Counted from the first letter of the stretch, positions 26,001-41,000 are shown. The stretch is DNA of 64,000 nucleotides from Bispira polyomma (GCA_965649765.1 OZ287759.1:28892001-28956000), one strand, 5' to 3'. Notes: generated by a model not told the origin, from the sequence alone. A program made the numbers and translations.

Positions 26001-29000
26001 AGGCGTAAGTGAACTGTTTCTAACTCGTCTTGGGGCTGAAGTGTGCTGGTCCAGTGGTTATAGAAGCACCTTCTTCACAATCACTGACCTCCCACCAATG
26101 TGCGTTTGAATCCCCTTGTGTTCCTTTATGGTGAGAAAGTTTGATAAGTACTTGCCGTAGGCTGGTGGTGTACACAGTGCCTTTAGCACTAGTTTATTCC
26201 ACAATTGCTGTTGGAAGCGATGTAAAGCCAACTAAATTCAAATTCTAACAAAACTGTAAACATTCACAAAGCTATATTTTTAAAACAGCCATCAGTTTTA
26301 TGCACAGGAAATTTTTTTGTGATCAAGATTTAATAACATGCTGAATAATATATTAACGTCCCAATAAGATACTGATACCGAATGAATTGTCCATTTTAAT
26401 TTGCTCAGAAACCATTGTAAATTCAACATAATTATATAGTAAGAACACATTTAATAATGTAGTTCATTGCTACTGTTAAAAATTGAAAAGAGATACATAG
26501 AGTATAATATTGCTATTTTAGCTAAAAAGCTTGATGGGTGGAATTAAGATAGAAAGTCCCATTATAGTTCGAATATGCCGCTCTATAGTTAATATCTATT
26601 GGTTGTACTCATTATTTGTATTAACATCAAGGATGTCACACCTTTGAGTTCATTTCTACCAAGATCAAGTGCCTTGAAAGTTTAAACAGAGAAGCACCCA
26701 ATGTTTAGACCTACTCTGACTCCCCGGTTCTTGTCCTAAATCTTATATTGTTGACTAATTCTGCCTAAATAGAAGGTCCATAAAATAGAAGTGGTATTAT
26801 AATATGAAACATAGCAAAAAATAATTTTGTGAGAGTGAAATTGAGTCCTTAAAATAGAATATTCGGATAATAGAGGGTCGGATAATGGAGGTTCTACTGT
26901 ACTTTGGTTTGTTAGGACATTTTACACTCTGGGTTGAACTTTCTGATAATTATATGTTCTTGTCTTGTTTTAGCCGAGTTGCTGGAACCACTCACAAAGT
27001 ATATCAAAGAAACTTGGCCTGATGGTGTGGTAAAACAGGTAGGTGTTCTATTGCAGAATTAAAGGTGGTGCTCACAAAATGTCTTTTGGACTCAAATTAA
27101 TAATTATAAGCCTTAATTAAAGTTGTTTTCAACATATTTTGTGTTATGTCATTAGGGGCAGTTTACTGTTGGAGAAAATCCTAACAGTTTAGTCGGTCAA
27201 AACGTTTGTGTAAATAGACTAAATCATTGTCAAGCTGAAAGTTTTTTTCTAAATTGTACCATTTGCAGCATTTTTGCCTTTCAAATTAATTTCTCTTTCT
27301 CTTTCAACTCAAAATAAACTACATCTAACTTTAAAAATTGAACTAATCACTGCTATGTCGTCTGCATGATACGGTATTGACAAAGCTTTTATTTTTGTCC
27401 AGTGGTATAATACCTAGGTCTAAATGGTTGACTTCTTGTATAACATCATTATTGAAAATAAATGTCACACAATGTTTATTCTTATGCATAACAATAATAT
27501 TACTTGTCAGATAAAGATATTTGTCAAAATCAACATTTATTTTGAGAGAATAAGGCAAAGCTTATACTATTAGATAATCTTTATAATTCTATGGGCTTTA
27601 CCACCAAACTGATCCTTACGCTCCCTGTTGACCTACTCAAATGGCTTTTCTGCATTTATGAATATTACACTGGTTGGGCATACGCTTAGCATTATGGTTT
27701 CTTAATGTAGTTAAGAGGTGATCATTAAGTACACACTTCTTGTACGTCTAAATCAATTTCATAGTAATATTGTAAAGCTAAGTTCAGATAGATTATATTT
27801 TGGTCTCCAGTGGTGGTGTGATTCCACAGCTGGTTTCCTGATCAAAGGGTCTCTGGTTTAACTCCTTTAACATCACACAGTGGGTGGGTGAGGGGGGGAG
27901 GGGGGGATCTCACAGCCTTTAGCAAGTATGAGAAACTGTAAAAATTTTATTGTAATTTATCTTTTTGTAAGATAAATACTTACCTTATCCTCACTAAGTG
28001 CTTTTATTCATTTTGAATAATTGCTCGACCAAAAGTCTTTTTTATAAAGACTATTCTTGTTTCTTAATTTTACCTGTCTCTCGACAACGAGGCCCGCACA
28101 TGCGCAGGAAGTGTTGTCACTTCTGTTAGTGCTTGCACACCTCAGATTCAATTTTGGAAAGCCTGGCCACACAAATAAGTGGGGTTTGGTGGGTGGGCAT
28201 CTGACTAGTGAGGATAAGGTAAGTATTTATCTTACAAAAAGATAAATTACAATAAAATTTTTACATTTTATTGCGCTAAATATCCTTACCTTATCCTCAC
28301 TAAGTGCTTGATTACAACCTTTATGGTGGAGGGTATTTGTGTGACAGAGCCTCACTTAAAGGATTTATTGTAATGCACTTTGTCGAGAGAAATTAAGAAA
28401 CTTGAGTTGTGGAAGGAACTTAGAGATAGTTAGGTCAGCTATTACATAGGCTTACTGTAATTCCCTAGTCTAACTCCCTGTAACTCTTAGAGTAGAAAAC
28501 AGAAATGGTTAGGTAAACGTTTCATAGGAATACCTTAAACAAGACTATTCTTACTCATTGTACTATACTGTACTAGTACTATCGTGTATTTCATTGTACT
28601 TGACTTTGTCGAGGACAAGATGTGTGAAAGTGAACAACACTATAGAAATACATGAACAGCAATGATCAAGTAATAACATCTAAGGTTTACATTAATCAAA
28701 ACTGTTGAGAATAAATAATAATCCAAGAACAAACACTGACATAAAGATTGAAAGATAGCATCTATGGCGTACCTTCAAAGTAATAGTGCTGTCCATGACA
28801 CACAAGCATCTGTCCAGGTGCTGAAAGATGGTGTGTGGTGAAAAAGGTGCAACCCTCTAACCATCCAGTGTGAACAGTCATAGAGATGACAAACAAAAAA
28901 CTCCCAAGCAGGACACAACCTCTTAAACTATATCAGGAGGCCTGCAAAGAAGGGAGACAACATGTATAAGTCATCAGCATATGGTGAAGACACAGAAAAA

Positions 29001-32000
29001 ACTGTAAATGCTCACACATAAACATTACAGTAGACTCAATATAAAAAGATGTCTCAACCCCTGTAATATTATTTTTTGTGGGTAATGAGAACCTCAAAGT
29101 AACACCTGATCTAGTCTTGTGGAAGACGTAGGTTCTAGTCATGTAGTCTACTGATATAACATAACAGTCATAGATACAGTGACAAATTGTGTAAAATGTC
29201 CAAACACAACCATTTTGGAAGTTAGGACACAAGTAAACTGAGTTGGGCAGAAGCAGCCCTTCATATCAAACCAGTGAAACTGCTAACCTTAAAGGCTAAA
29301 GAGGCAGTCATAGCTCTTCACTATGTGCCTTAACCTGACAAAGGTTCTCAATCGCAGTGTCTACAAACTGACAAGCCAACAAGATTGTCTGTTTTAGCCC
29401 AGATGAAAAGGTAATTCTTTGTATAACTTTGCTAAAACTTCCCCTGTAGGCAACTCCTGAGGGCACCTGAGATTGAATCTCAGAGAACTCAGAAGATAGG
29501 AGGTGAAAAACTCCAGTGAACCTTTCATCCAACAACAGCCTAAAAGCTGAGATAAGAACAGGCTTAACTTTAACTAAGTCTAGACTTCGAGAAGTCAACT
29601 GGTTCTGAACCAAAACACAAGAGAGAGAGATACAATAGTCTCATTCCAGTGTGGTTTAAACTTGAGAGAAGAGAAGGTCCATGCATGAAGTTCACCTCTT
29701 CTCTTCCCTGAGGCAATAAGAAATAAGGTTTAGAAAGAAACCAGTTACAAAAACGCCTCTTTTATAGGATCAAATGGAGGCTTGGTCAAAGCTAATAGTA
29801 CCAATGACAAGTCCCAAGAAGAAACCTCTATCTATCACAGCTTTGTCACTATAAAACCTGGCTAGAAGTCTATTCAGTTCAAGACTTTTCAAGACTTCTA
29901 GTACTTCCAATCCCAAGTGATCTGCAAAGATGTTTAAGAACTATCCATAGTTGCAGATTTTAGATTTCTCTGTTGAAAGCACGGTAAGGTCCACTTCGAT
30001 TCATACACTCGTCTAGAGGATAGTCTCTGAGGTGTCTTAATTATATCCTCCACTGATCTGAGTACTGAAAATCAGTTTCAATTGTTTTCTAGTACCCAAA
30101 CATGGACATACAGATATGGAAAATTCTGTAGGTAACTGTGGCCAAAATGTTGGCTGAGCCAACAAGACCATCGGGTATGAAAACTGGTGGTCTGGCCGAT
30201 AGGTCCACCAGATCCCACAACAAGGACATGCCTAGTTAGACCATCCTTCATAACTGGTCTGTTTGCAGTTTTTGAATGTGTATCCACCAAACCAGGAGAC
30301 ACATCTCTAAAGAATGAGTTCCTGTTGTCTGTTCAAATGAGCTACATCATTCATAACTGGTCTGTTTGCAGTTTTTGAATGTGTTTCCACCAAACCAGGA
30401 GACACAGTTCTAAAGAGTGTGGTCCTGATATTTGTTCAGATAAGCTACTACTAAGCACTGACCGTGGCTAGGAGAAACTTATGTTCCCAGTATCTGACTG
30501 GTAAATGCCTTGAGTGCAAGTAGGATTGCCTACAACTCAAGGATATTTTTAGGCAAGCTTGTGTCTAGACCTGAACATACACCACTGGCTGGCAAATCGG
30601 CTGGATGTGACCAACCTGTGTTGGAAGCGTCTATACATAAGAGAAGCTTGTGCTCTCTTGGATGCAAAAACTTCCTCTACCAAGACATTTAAGGGTATTC
30701 CCACCATTAAAAATCGTATCTTAAATGGTCGGTTACCGGTATCTGGATGTCCAGTGACTGAGGAAATCGTCAAATGGATTTTAGGTACCGAATGATACTG
30801 TCCTCTCCAGACTGGCCAACACCCATCAATGACTTTAACATTCTGGATATCATGAATCGAGAAATTGTCTCCAATAACATGGCTTATGACAAAATCGAAC
30901 ACTTCTGTTGGGTAGGAAATACAATGCCTGTTCACATTGAAGAAGTAGCCGATAAAGCAATCGTCGATTGGGCCGAAGTTCTGATTCCCCAAAGGTAACC
31001 ACTAAGTCCGATTGTGGAACTGTGGAAAAACATCATTGAATCTCAATTCACCCTTCTACTAGCAATGGAGACCAAATCAGCTAGGCAGTTGACAAGCTGA
31101 GGCTGCTGAATCGAAACCCTCAGTAACGAGTGTGTAGGATTCACAATTCTGTTTGAATAAATTGACGAAAGCAGTCGAAATTCCAAAAAGCGGTGCTTGA
31201 ATTTGACGGTCAAAAGATGTAAGTCGAAGTAAAAATCCCTTGCCAGGAAAAATGGAAACCATCGAATGCTGTTCACATGGATTCAATCCTTCACGACAGC
31301 GACTCCGATGAATCTGTGCCAAGCTGAATTCATAAGGATATGAAAATAAGCATGTAAAACCACCCAGTAATGCAAATTTCATTGATGTGCAAAAGACAAG
31401 ACCTGTCTTGTAAGTGACTGTCATTAGGAGTCAGGTGTTCCCCCCCCCCCCAGCGAATCTGGGACGAATCTGAATCAACAAGGCTATGAAAAATGACGAA
31501 ACTGCTTCCGCCAACATGTAACTGCCGGAAATCTGCCATTATCGCCCATGGAGTGATGATTCTTCGCTACGAATTCTATGAATCTCTGCGAATCTGAATC
31601 TTTGCATTGATAAGAATATGCGAAGACGTTAAAACGCCCCAAATATACCTATTTCGGCGAGAAAACGCTGCAAAATCCGTAAATCTCCGCCCCATCGCCA
31701 CGTGGATTTGGACAGCTAGAGGGCGAGTTCTCTCTTCACCTCTCCATTAGTATTTAACTCGAAAGAAGAGATATAAAGGCAGACTTACCCCATCCAGGGG
31801 TTCTGTAGTCGTAATCCTTGTACACAATATTTGTCACAGCCCTTGCAAATATATATCCATTTTCGGTGTTGTGAAACCGTGAAGAACTTTCCCCAAATCT
31901 CACACTGCACACTTCGTGTACGCTGGGAGAATGGTATTTTGTCACATTTTAGAACTTTCCCCAAATGTAGAAATATTACTAGAAATATTAGGTTGTAAAC

Positions 32001-35000
32001 CCCAAAGTTGTTGAATGGTTTAACTAGCAAATCGCTCGTTTTTCTAGCATTTCTGCCACACATTCTTTGAGAAAAGCTTGCTTCTCTTTGTCTTTGTAAC
32101 CGCTCAACATCCGGGTATCTGGTTAACGACACTACCCGTATCTCAGAATTTGCACAACTCGAGAATGGCACTTTAAATTTTCCCATACCTTGATTATCAC
32201 ATACGCCGCCCACTGCCTCTTCCACCACTTGTGCTGTTGGTCTGGCCCTGGTAACTGGAGGACTTCTTGACGTCGGTACCACGCTCCTCCGACCAATTCT
32301 GGTTGGGCTTGAAGGTAGTATTCTTCACTAAATCCGCCAAAGCTAGTAAGTTAGCGTCAGATTCTAAGAGAGTCTTGTATAAAGCCCTTAAAAATGTGAT
32401 ACCTAACTCAGTACCAGAACGTTCTCCCTCAACAGTTTCCATCTGGGCGCCCTGCTTCATTGGAATTTGTACGTAATAAGGCTTTGTTGATGGGCGTAGA
32501 TTGGTGCTGGGTTCTAATGGTGTTTCTAATTCCAGCAAAGATGTCACTGTCCCCAAAAGTTGCCTATAAGAGGGGACCTCCTATTTCTCTGCCAGATGGA
32601 CAGCCTAGTCATCTGTGTGGTCATCATCCCTGGGTGACTCAGATCTCTTCCTTCTACGTCTAGAAGCATGATATTCTTCTTGTAAATCATAGCTTCTCCC
32701 GAAAGTACTGGTTTTTGAGGCTCTGCCTCTACCTTCTACTTTCTGTAGATGTTCAGGTAGTTGACCTAGCTCAGCTAGGGTGACTCAGATCTCTTCCTTC
32801 TACGTCTAGAAGCATGATATTCTTCTTGTAAATCATAACTTCTCCCGAAAGTACTAGTTTTTGAGGCTCTGCCTCTACCTTCTACTTTCTGTAGATGTTC
32901 AGCTAGTTGATCTATTCTGATGGCGTCTCTAGCTCCAGCAAAGATCTAACTGTACTCAACAGTTGTCTATAAGAGGGGTCCTCCTCTTTCTCTGCCACGT
33001 GGTCACCCTGGTCAGTCGTCTGATTAACATCCATGGGTGACTGAGATCTTTCCTTCTACGTCTAGAAGACTGCACCTCTTCTTCAGACTCATCATTCCTT
33101 GAGAAAATACTGGTTTTGAGGACCTGCCTCTACCTTCTACTTTCTCCAACCTCTGAGAAAGGTGACCTAGCTCCGCTAGAATTAACTGAAGAGAATCATC
33201 TTCCTCCTGGCCTTAGGAGATGCTTCATCCAGAAGCTTGTCATCAAAGGCATTAGCAGCCTGAAGCTTGTGAAACTTCAACCTCTTAGCTTGAAGACGTC
33301 TGGTCTGGTCCGTTGTCATCTGCATACACACAAAACAATCCTCAGGACTGGAAGATACACAGACATCAGCACCAAGACCCTTGTCCCCCTATCTCAAAAC
33401 CGGTCAATATGGAAAATTGGCCGAGCAAAATGGAGGTCAGTGTTCACCGACGACCAAAATGAATCTGAGGTGTGCAAGCACTAACAGAAGTGACAACACT
33501 TCCTGCGCATGTGCGGGCCTCGTTGTCGAGAGACAGGTAAAATTAAGAAACAAGAATAGTCTTTATAAAAAAGACTTTTGGTCGAGCAATTATTCAAAAT
33601 GAATAAAAGCACTTAGTGAGGATAAGGTAAGGATATTTATCGCAATAAAAACACTGTTACACTGTTAATAATAATAATAATAATAATTTTTTTATTTCTT
33701 TCTGTAATAATATTATTATGTGACAAGTATATATAAATATGAAAACAAATATATATTCTATTTAATGAGATGTATATAAAAGCAAATTACACCAATTTTA
33801 CATATAATTATACTATATAGTGTGTCTATATCTTTTAATGAAAGAATAACCTGGGTTTGCATAACATTATTGTACTTATGAAAAAAAGAAAGTTACAGAG
33901 ATTGATAATAAGATAATACAGGAAATACAAATATAGATATGACAAACTAAAAGAGATCAAATTTAGAGATTACAGAAATATTGAAATGGAGATAGCAGAA
34001 GTTATTAAAAAATTATCAAGACTATCCCCCAAGTGTTTACTTCCAGCTTATTTGATATTAATAACATATACACAAAACAGGAATAAATAAAACTTTACTA
34101 ATAGTCTACTAATACATTCAAATTATTAAAGAAATATCTCACAACCAATTATAATTTTGCCTTATAGAATTTTTTTTTTAACTTGAATCAGGAGTTACAT
34201 TTTCTTTACTTTATATTACTACTATATCTATCAATACATAAAAATCATTAGAAAAATATCTAATAACCATTAATAAATTTGCCTTTTAGAATCTTTTTAA
34301 ATTTGTATAATGAGTTACAATTTCTTAAATTTACATCTAATGAGTTCCACAATTGGACACCATAAATAGAAATACACTTAGCCTTAATTGTTGTTCTTGC
34401 GTATTGTACTTTAAATTTATTGCTATGCCTTGTTAGGTTAGAATATCCCACATTAACACAAAATACATTTTGTAAATTTTTGGGTAGTAAATTATGATAC
34501 GCTTTAAACATTAATACACAAATCTTATGTTCAATGAGATCTAAAACTTTTAATATTTTTTAACTTTTAAATAAACCAGCTGTGTGAGTCAGTTTAGGTA
34601 CTTTACATACGAGTCGTATAGCTTTCTTTTGTAACACAATAACTGACTGAATATCGGTTTTACTACATTTACCCCATATTTCAGAACAGTAAAATAGATA
34701 AGGTTGTATTAAAGAAGTGTATAATATTAGTAATGAACATTTGCTTAAGCATTTTCCAGCTTTATACAGAATAGAAATACTTTTAGATAACTTACTTTTG
34801 ACATTTGCCACTTGTGCTTTCCAATTTAACCCTGAGTCAATTTGAATTCCTAAAAACTTTGTTACATAAACTCTTTCTATTTCAAAATTATTAATACATA
34901 CACTGACATCATCAGGAATAGATCTTTTACTAAAAATCATATAATTTGTTTTTGAGATATTTAGTGAAAGTTTATTTACGGCAAACCATGTATGAAGTTT

Positions 35001-38000
35001 ATGTAATTCAGTTGTTACTATATTGCTTAATGATGTTATGTCATTGCCAGAACAAAAGATATTTGTGTCATCTGCAAAGAGTATAAAATTTAACACAGTA
35101 GAAACATTACACAAATCATTTATGTATAATATAAATAATTTAGGGCCAAGAATGGACCCTTGTGGTACACCACAAATAACATCTAAAAAATCTGAATGAG
35201 TACCATTTATGTCCACAAACTGTCCTCCAATGACGACCAATGCTAAGTTGTAGTATTCACCTGTCCTAAAGAACAAGCTTTCTTATAAGACAACGGCCAT
35301 TATTTTGAAACTATAAAATACAAAATTTAGTGATCTTATAATATTCTTTTGTCTATGACAGTATATAACAATCTGTACTTCGAAAGCTTTCATTAATTTT
35401 GTTGTTAGTTATAAAGAAAGTTATTATTCCTTTCATACAGAAGCGCTTTATTCACGATCACTGTCGTCTCACCAATGTGGGTTTAATTCCCGTTCATTCC
35501 CCCATGTGTGCTATCGAAAAATATGATGCAAGCAGTTGAAAGTTAGTTCAAATTCACTTTCTTCCTTTCATATTGTTAAAGTAGCATCTGGTCTATACAT
35601 TCGTTTTAATCTCAATCTGTTCAATGAAATGCATAGACTGTGTTTATGTGAGGTTTAATCTTTAGTTGTTTAGTATCTGGAATCATAAAATGTGACATTA
35701 TTTGTATTACCAAGTATAAATTATGTTCTGTGTTCCTATCATGTACTGTAATCACTTGTTTAATGGAGAAAAAAAATATATAAAAAAAGAAAATCTTTTC
35801 TATACACCTGTATTGTCATTATTAAGTACTTTGTACCTAAAAGCAGAAAATCCAACATTTTCAATAGCTACATGGTATAAAACGTGCTATACCCCCAGGC
35901 CCTCTGAATTAATTCTGCCCTCTGGACTATTACAGTGTTGTTCGTTACTGATTTGACAAGTAGATATTTAAAAACACATGATTGGCTTTTTAGCTATAAA
36001 GTTTGACCTCAGGTTGAAATAAATCTCTCTATATGACCCTTTGAAAAGTACAGAGCCCAGGGGGGGACATTCTAAATAAGTTTAACCAGATTATTTTGCT
36101 CTCCCAGTTTATAATTCGTGAGCACAATTTATTAAATTGTTACCACAGATTTAATTTGTGATCACAAATAATAATCCGTGCTCATAGATTATTAATTAGT
36201 GCTGACGATGTAAAAATAAAATTGCCAAAATTAGTTTTATAACATGTAGCTATTGAAATTATTGGATTTCCTGCTTTACAACTTACTTAATAATGACATC
36301 ACAGGTGTATAGAACAGGTTCTTTTTGAAAAAAATTAAGAGATTAAAAACTGTGAAACAGATTTTTTTTTGTGATCACAGATTAAATCTAATAATCTGGT
36401 TTAAAATATTTACAATGTCCCCTCCAAGGCTCGTTAGAAAAGTGTATTAATCTCAAATAATATCTGACAGACTTATAATCTGACCAGAGGTTTCAAGGCT
36501 TCCACTTCCACTGCAAAAATAGAATAATTAGTTTCTGTTTAGGTACTCTTTTATTGGAAATAGTCACTGGGAATTAATTTAAGGTATTTTAGCTAATGAA
36601 GTTAGATAATGTAAATTACAACTTGTATGAAACTTTTGGGACAAAATGTCCAGTAGTGAAAATTAATTTTAGAGAATTTCTTAAAAACTGCCAATTAGTT
36701 GAAAAATTTCTTGCAGTTAAACTCTCCATGTAATATACAGTATTTTGGTACAAAGAGATATGGGCTATTTTAGTATGATGTGATGAATCAGTTTAATTGT
36801 ACAATTCAGGTTGTACAAATAGATATAGACTATTGAGTATCATGTGATGAATCAGTTTCGCATCAGACAATTTGACAAGGTAATGATAATACCTAGTTCT
36901 ACATTATTAGTATTTAATGACAGGTAAATAACAGGTCTTCTTTAGAACTCTTTTCACTGTGATTACAACAAATCTGCTTTGTCCGAGCCAATATCAGCGA
37001 AGATACACAATTATTATAGTAATTACATTATGAATGAGTAATGTTTAATTTGTTTTACGATATTTCAAACAGGAAGGTTTTTTTCCCATTTTTTGGGCTA
37101 TCTTGGCACACTCTCTACTGACTCTTTCTACTAAGTGTCTTTATAGTTTCTTAAGGGCCTTACAAACCGCTCACTACAGGACACAACGCTAAAAAAATAG
37201 CAGTAAGACAACATATATTGATTATTGTGACTGGTTCAAGCACGACTGACACCACATCACACTGCAATTGGTCTTAAAGATTTCTCTAATAAACCGTCGT
37301 GTCGTTTAGTGTTTCTATATTGTTTGTCAAAAATGACTTTGGTGATGTAATAATCCAGGTACTATATATGGGATATATAGTGTGGTGTCATGTTTGGTGT
37401 GTATATGATTGTCTTGCAGTGGTATGTCGTCCCCTGTAGTGTAGTGTAGGCTGTGGTTTCTAAGCCCCTTTATAAGGCAACATAGTGTTTGGGGCGATAA
37501 ATCTAGGTATAATCAGGTACTCGGTTCCAGCAACTAGGATTGAGGTAGCAGTTATTATTATCCAGGGCAATTTACTAGTTTTTAACTGTACAAATAATAT
37601 GCTGCATTATACCTTAGCAGAGAATCCTAATATTTCATTTGCTTAGAAGTGGTCACATGACCTGTTCTATTCTAATGCAGATCCCTTATTCTCAAAGAAG
37701 AAGGCATTATAGAAAATAAATGCCTCCACTTTGAGGGCATTTATTTTACCTTAGTGCCCTCAAAATGTTTGTTCTGCTTAATAATTGCCCTGACTTCTGG
37801 CTGATCTAAATTCCTATAGTGCCCTCCAAAACATCTTCTAAATAGCAAAACAGAACTTCTATTATCCAATATATATAGCAATATAAAAACATACTGGTTC
37901 CGCTCTCAGAAGCGCCCAAGGGCGAGAAGGATAAAAATTCAAATTTAGTGAGGAGTGGGAGTTTTGCGAGAGCATGGGCGAAAACAAGAGGATGGGCGAG

Positions 38001-41000
38001 AACAAAAGCATGGGCGATAATGAGAACATGGGCGATAACGAGAGCATTGGCAATAACAAAAGCATATGCAATAATGAGAACGTTTCTAACTTCAGTCTGT
38101 ATTAACAGTATAAAATGACATAAAGTACATGAAACTTGCCTAATTGATCTGTAAAATAAGAAAAATCAACAAATCCATGTAATTCCATGCTTAACACAGC
38201 CCCATTTTGTAGTTTTTATCTCCAACTGTCACTGAATAAAAATTACCATTTCTTTTTTATAACATGGGCGATATCGAGAGCGGGACCGGTATATTTTGGA
38301 GGGTGACATTAATGGACATTTGTATAATATAGAGGTTCTGTACTACTACTGTATGTTTAAAATCTCTTCTCTGACCAGGTGCGTACCAAGGAGAGGGCAG
38401 GGTTGATCAAGGCCCGGCAGGTTGGGGCTGAGGCTTGTACAGGGGATGTCATTATCTTCCTTGATGCCCATTGTGAAGCAGCCCCGGGATGGTGAGTTTG
38501 TAATGGTGTCAGTAATAAGTGCAACATGAGTTAAAAAAATACATAGGTGCACAGTGTAAAATACACTAACGTTAGACCACTATATACTCAGGCCCGCTTA
38601 GCACCCTTGTAAATATTAATCTGACACCCCTCAGTTTGGAAGGGTCGATTGCTTACAACCAATCCATGAAAGCCTTACATATTATTTCTAAATTGGGGGC
38701 TCTTTATTAAAGATGGCGGCGCAGAATGGAAACAATATCACGCTGTGTCTGATAAAAAGTAGTGGCGAGTTGTCTTTTAAAAAAGACACAGGCGCACATT
38801 GACAAATACACTAACCTTATTTAAAGCTGTTGATGCTGGCTTCTAGTTGGCAGTGCAGATGTTTGATTATTATTAACTTAAAGTTAAATTAGAATTCTAC
38901 TTTTCGGAGAATATTTAAATATAACTAAATCACAGATACGCAGATACGATTTCAAATACTTGTCAGTAAATGTAATATAGTTTATGGATATTATTTATGG
39001 ATATTATCTAATTTATTAGTACCAATTTTTATTTAAGCAAGATTTTGTTATGAGCAATAAATTAAATAACAAATAAAATGTCGAGGGTTTGTTCCAAACT
39101 TAATTTCAAATGATAAAGGGAGTTTTGAGAGTATATTTAATTTGAAACAATTTATTTAACCAAATATTTGTTGTAAGTGACATCTTGTTAAAATCTAGTA
39201 CCAATAAGGTAGAATTGCTCTGAGTCTGTAATTTTTACCATTATATTTATTATTGAGCGTTTATGTAGTGCCATATGGATGTATCATCCTCTAATGCACT
39301 GATTCTCCCAAAAAAGGATGAGTCCCACAACACAGCCTGGGTTGTCATTAGTAGGCAGTAGCGTGCTTACATCTTGGCGAAGGATGTTATTGCCAATAAA
39401 CCTCCTGGCACAAGTGGAAATTGAACCAGGACCTTTCAATTACCAGACCAACTCCCTACCCACTGAGCCACATGACATTTAATTGATAGTAAATTTTACC
39501 TGGCCGCTAATGGGTGTTAGTCTCTGTGCTGTATGTGGCAGGATATGGCTAGTATACTCCCTCACAGAGCTGAGACTAAACAATTGTTTGATAGGTGGAA
39601 AGTCAAAGTTTAGGGTTTTACGTCCCGTTCAACAGCCAGGGTCATATTGGGTCAGGCCCACAGCATTTGTCACTTGTGGGAGGTGAACCCATGCAGAGGT
39701 GACAGCCTGTGATTAGATGCCAAACTTGCTATCCACTCGGCCACTGAGGACCTAATTTGATAGATGGAAGAACCCGGCTTGGGTGTAAACAGTGTACAGA
39801 GCTTTGAGTTACTAAGAGAAAACGCCAGAGTAAGGACATTAAAATTTGCCTCTGTATCGGAAATTCGCCAACCCTAAAATGTAAGCCAAATCAATAAAAA
39901 CTGGGCGAAAAATAACTGGAATTGAGGTAAGTCAGGCAAAAGAGTTGCGAAAATCTCAATTTTAGCAAGTATTTTCCATAATTCTAACAAAAGCACCACA
40001 TTTTTGAGGTGGCAAATTTCAGATACAGTGGCAAATTTTTTATTCCTTACTCTATATCAATACATCACATTTGCATTTTTTTCCTTTATGACCACAGGAT
40101 TGAACCGATCTTAGCGAGGATCAAAGAAGACCCTAAAGCTGTGATCTGCCCCATTATAGGGAGTATCAGTGCCGAGAGCATGCATTTCTCGGGGAGTGGG
40201 GGTGGGGGAGCAGTGGGGGGCTTCTCCTGGTCGGGACACTTCACCTGGTGGTATCGGTCAAGTCAAAGCGCAGCCAACAAACCTTACCCGTAAGTTTGTA
40301 TTCACATTTATAATCAGGGCATGTACCTTTATCTGGTATTCAAATGAAAGGTTGTTGATTAATTTAAAGTGCATTAGACAACAGTTGGCCAGTTAATGAT
40401 AGTGTACTGTGGAAATAAATAATTGTAACAACAGTAGAACCTCTATTATCCAAAATATTCGATTTTATGAACTCAATTTCACTCATCCAAACTTATCTTT
40501 TGCTATTGTTTTATACTAAAATGCCACTTCTATTTTACGGACCCTTTATTATCCAAACAAATTCTCACTCTCCTGATGTCCGTAAAATAAAGGTTCTACT
40601 GTAATTCTAAATTCAAAGAGCCAATTTTATTCTTTTCTTAATGATTGCTACCAGCCAGCCCGCATCAGTTCAGACAAGAGGCTTGGTGATGATCACACCA
40701 TTTATCAATGTCCCCAAGGATCTTCAGTCTGCCACTGGGGATAGCACCCAATGAGAAACTTAAGGATTTATCAATGTCCCCAAGGATCTTTAGTCTGCCA
40801 CTGGGGATAGCACCCAATGAGAAACTTAAGGATTTATCAATGTCCCCAAGGATCTTTAGTCTGCCACTGGGGATAGCACCCAATGAGAAAGGATCGCAAG
40901 AGCAAGATTTTCTTTTGGGATAATAGAATGTTTATAATAGAAGAAACATTTTAGTATAAAGTGTACTTGTAAAAAGTTCAATATATACAGCACTGTACAA

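Noticed and set aside
31000-31750. Suspected nested insertion inside the DIRS element
   Set aside because: The minus strand contains degenerate RT motifs ([14 protein letters not shown]) in the expected order, so it belongs to the element.
33655-35225. ACTGT as TSD of the CR1/L2 fragment
   Set aside because: Too short, and it overlaps probable element sequence; could be chance.
40665-40923. Repetitive 71-72 aa ORFs on both strands
   Set aside because: By-product of the 66-bp (multiple of three) tandem repeat.
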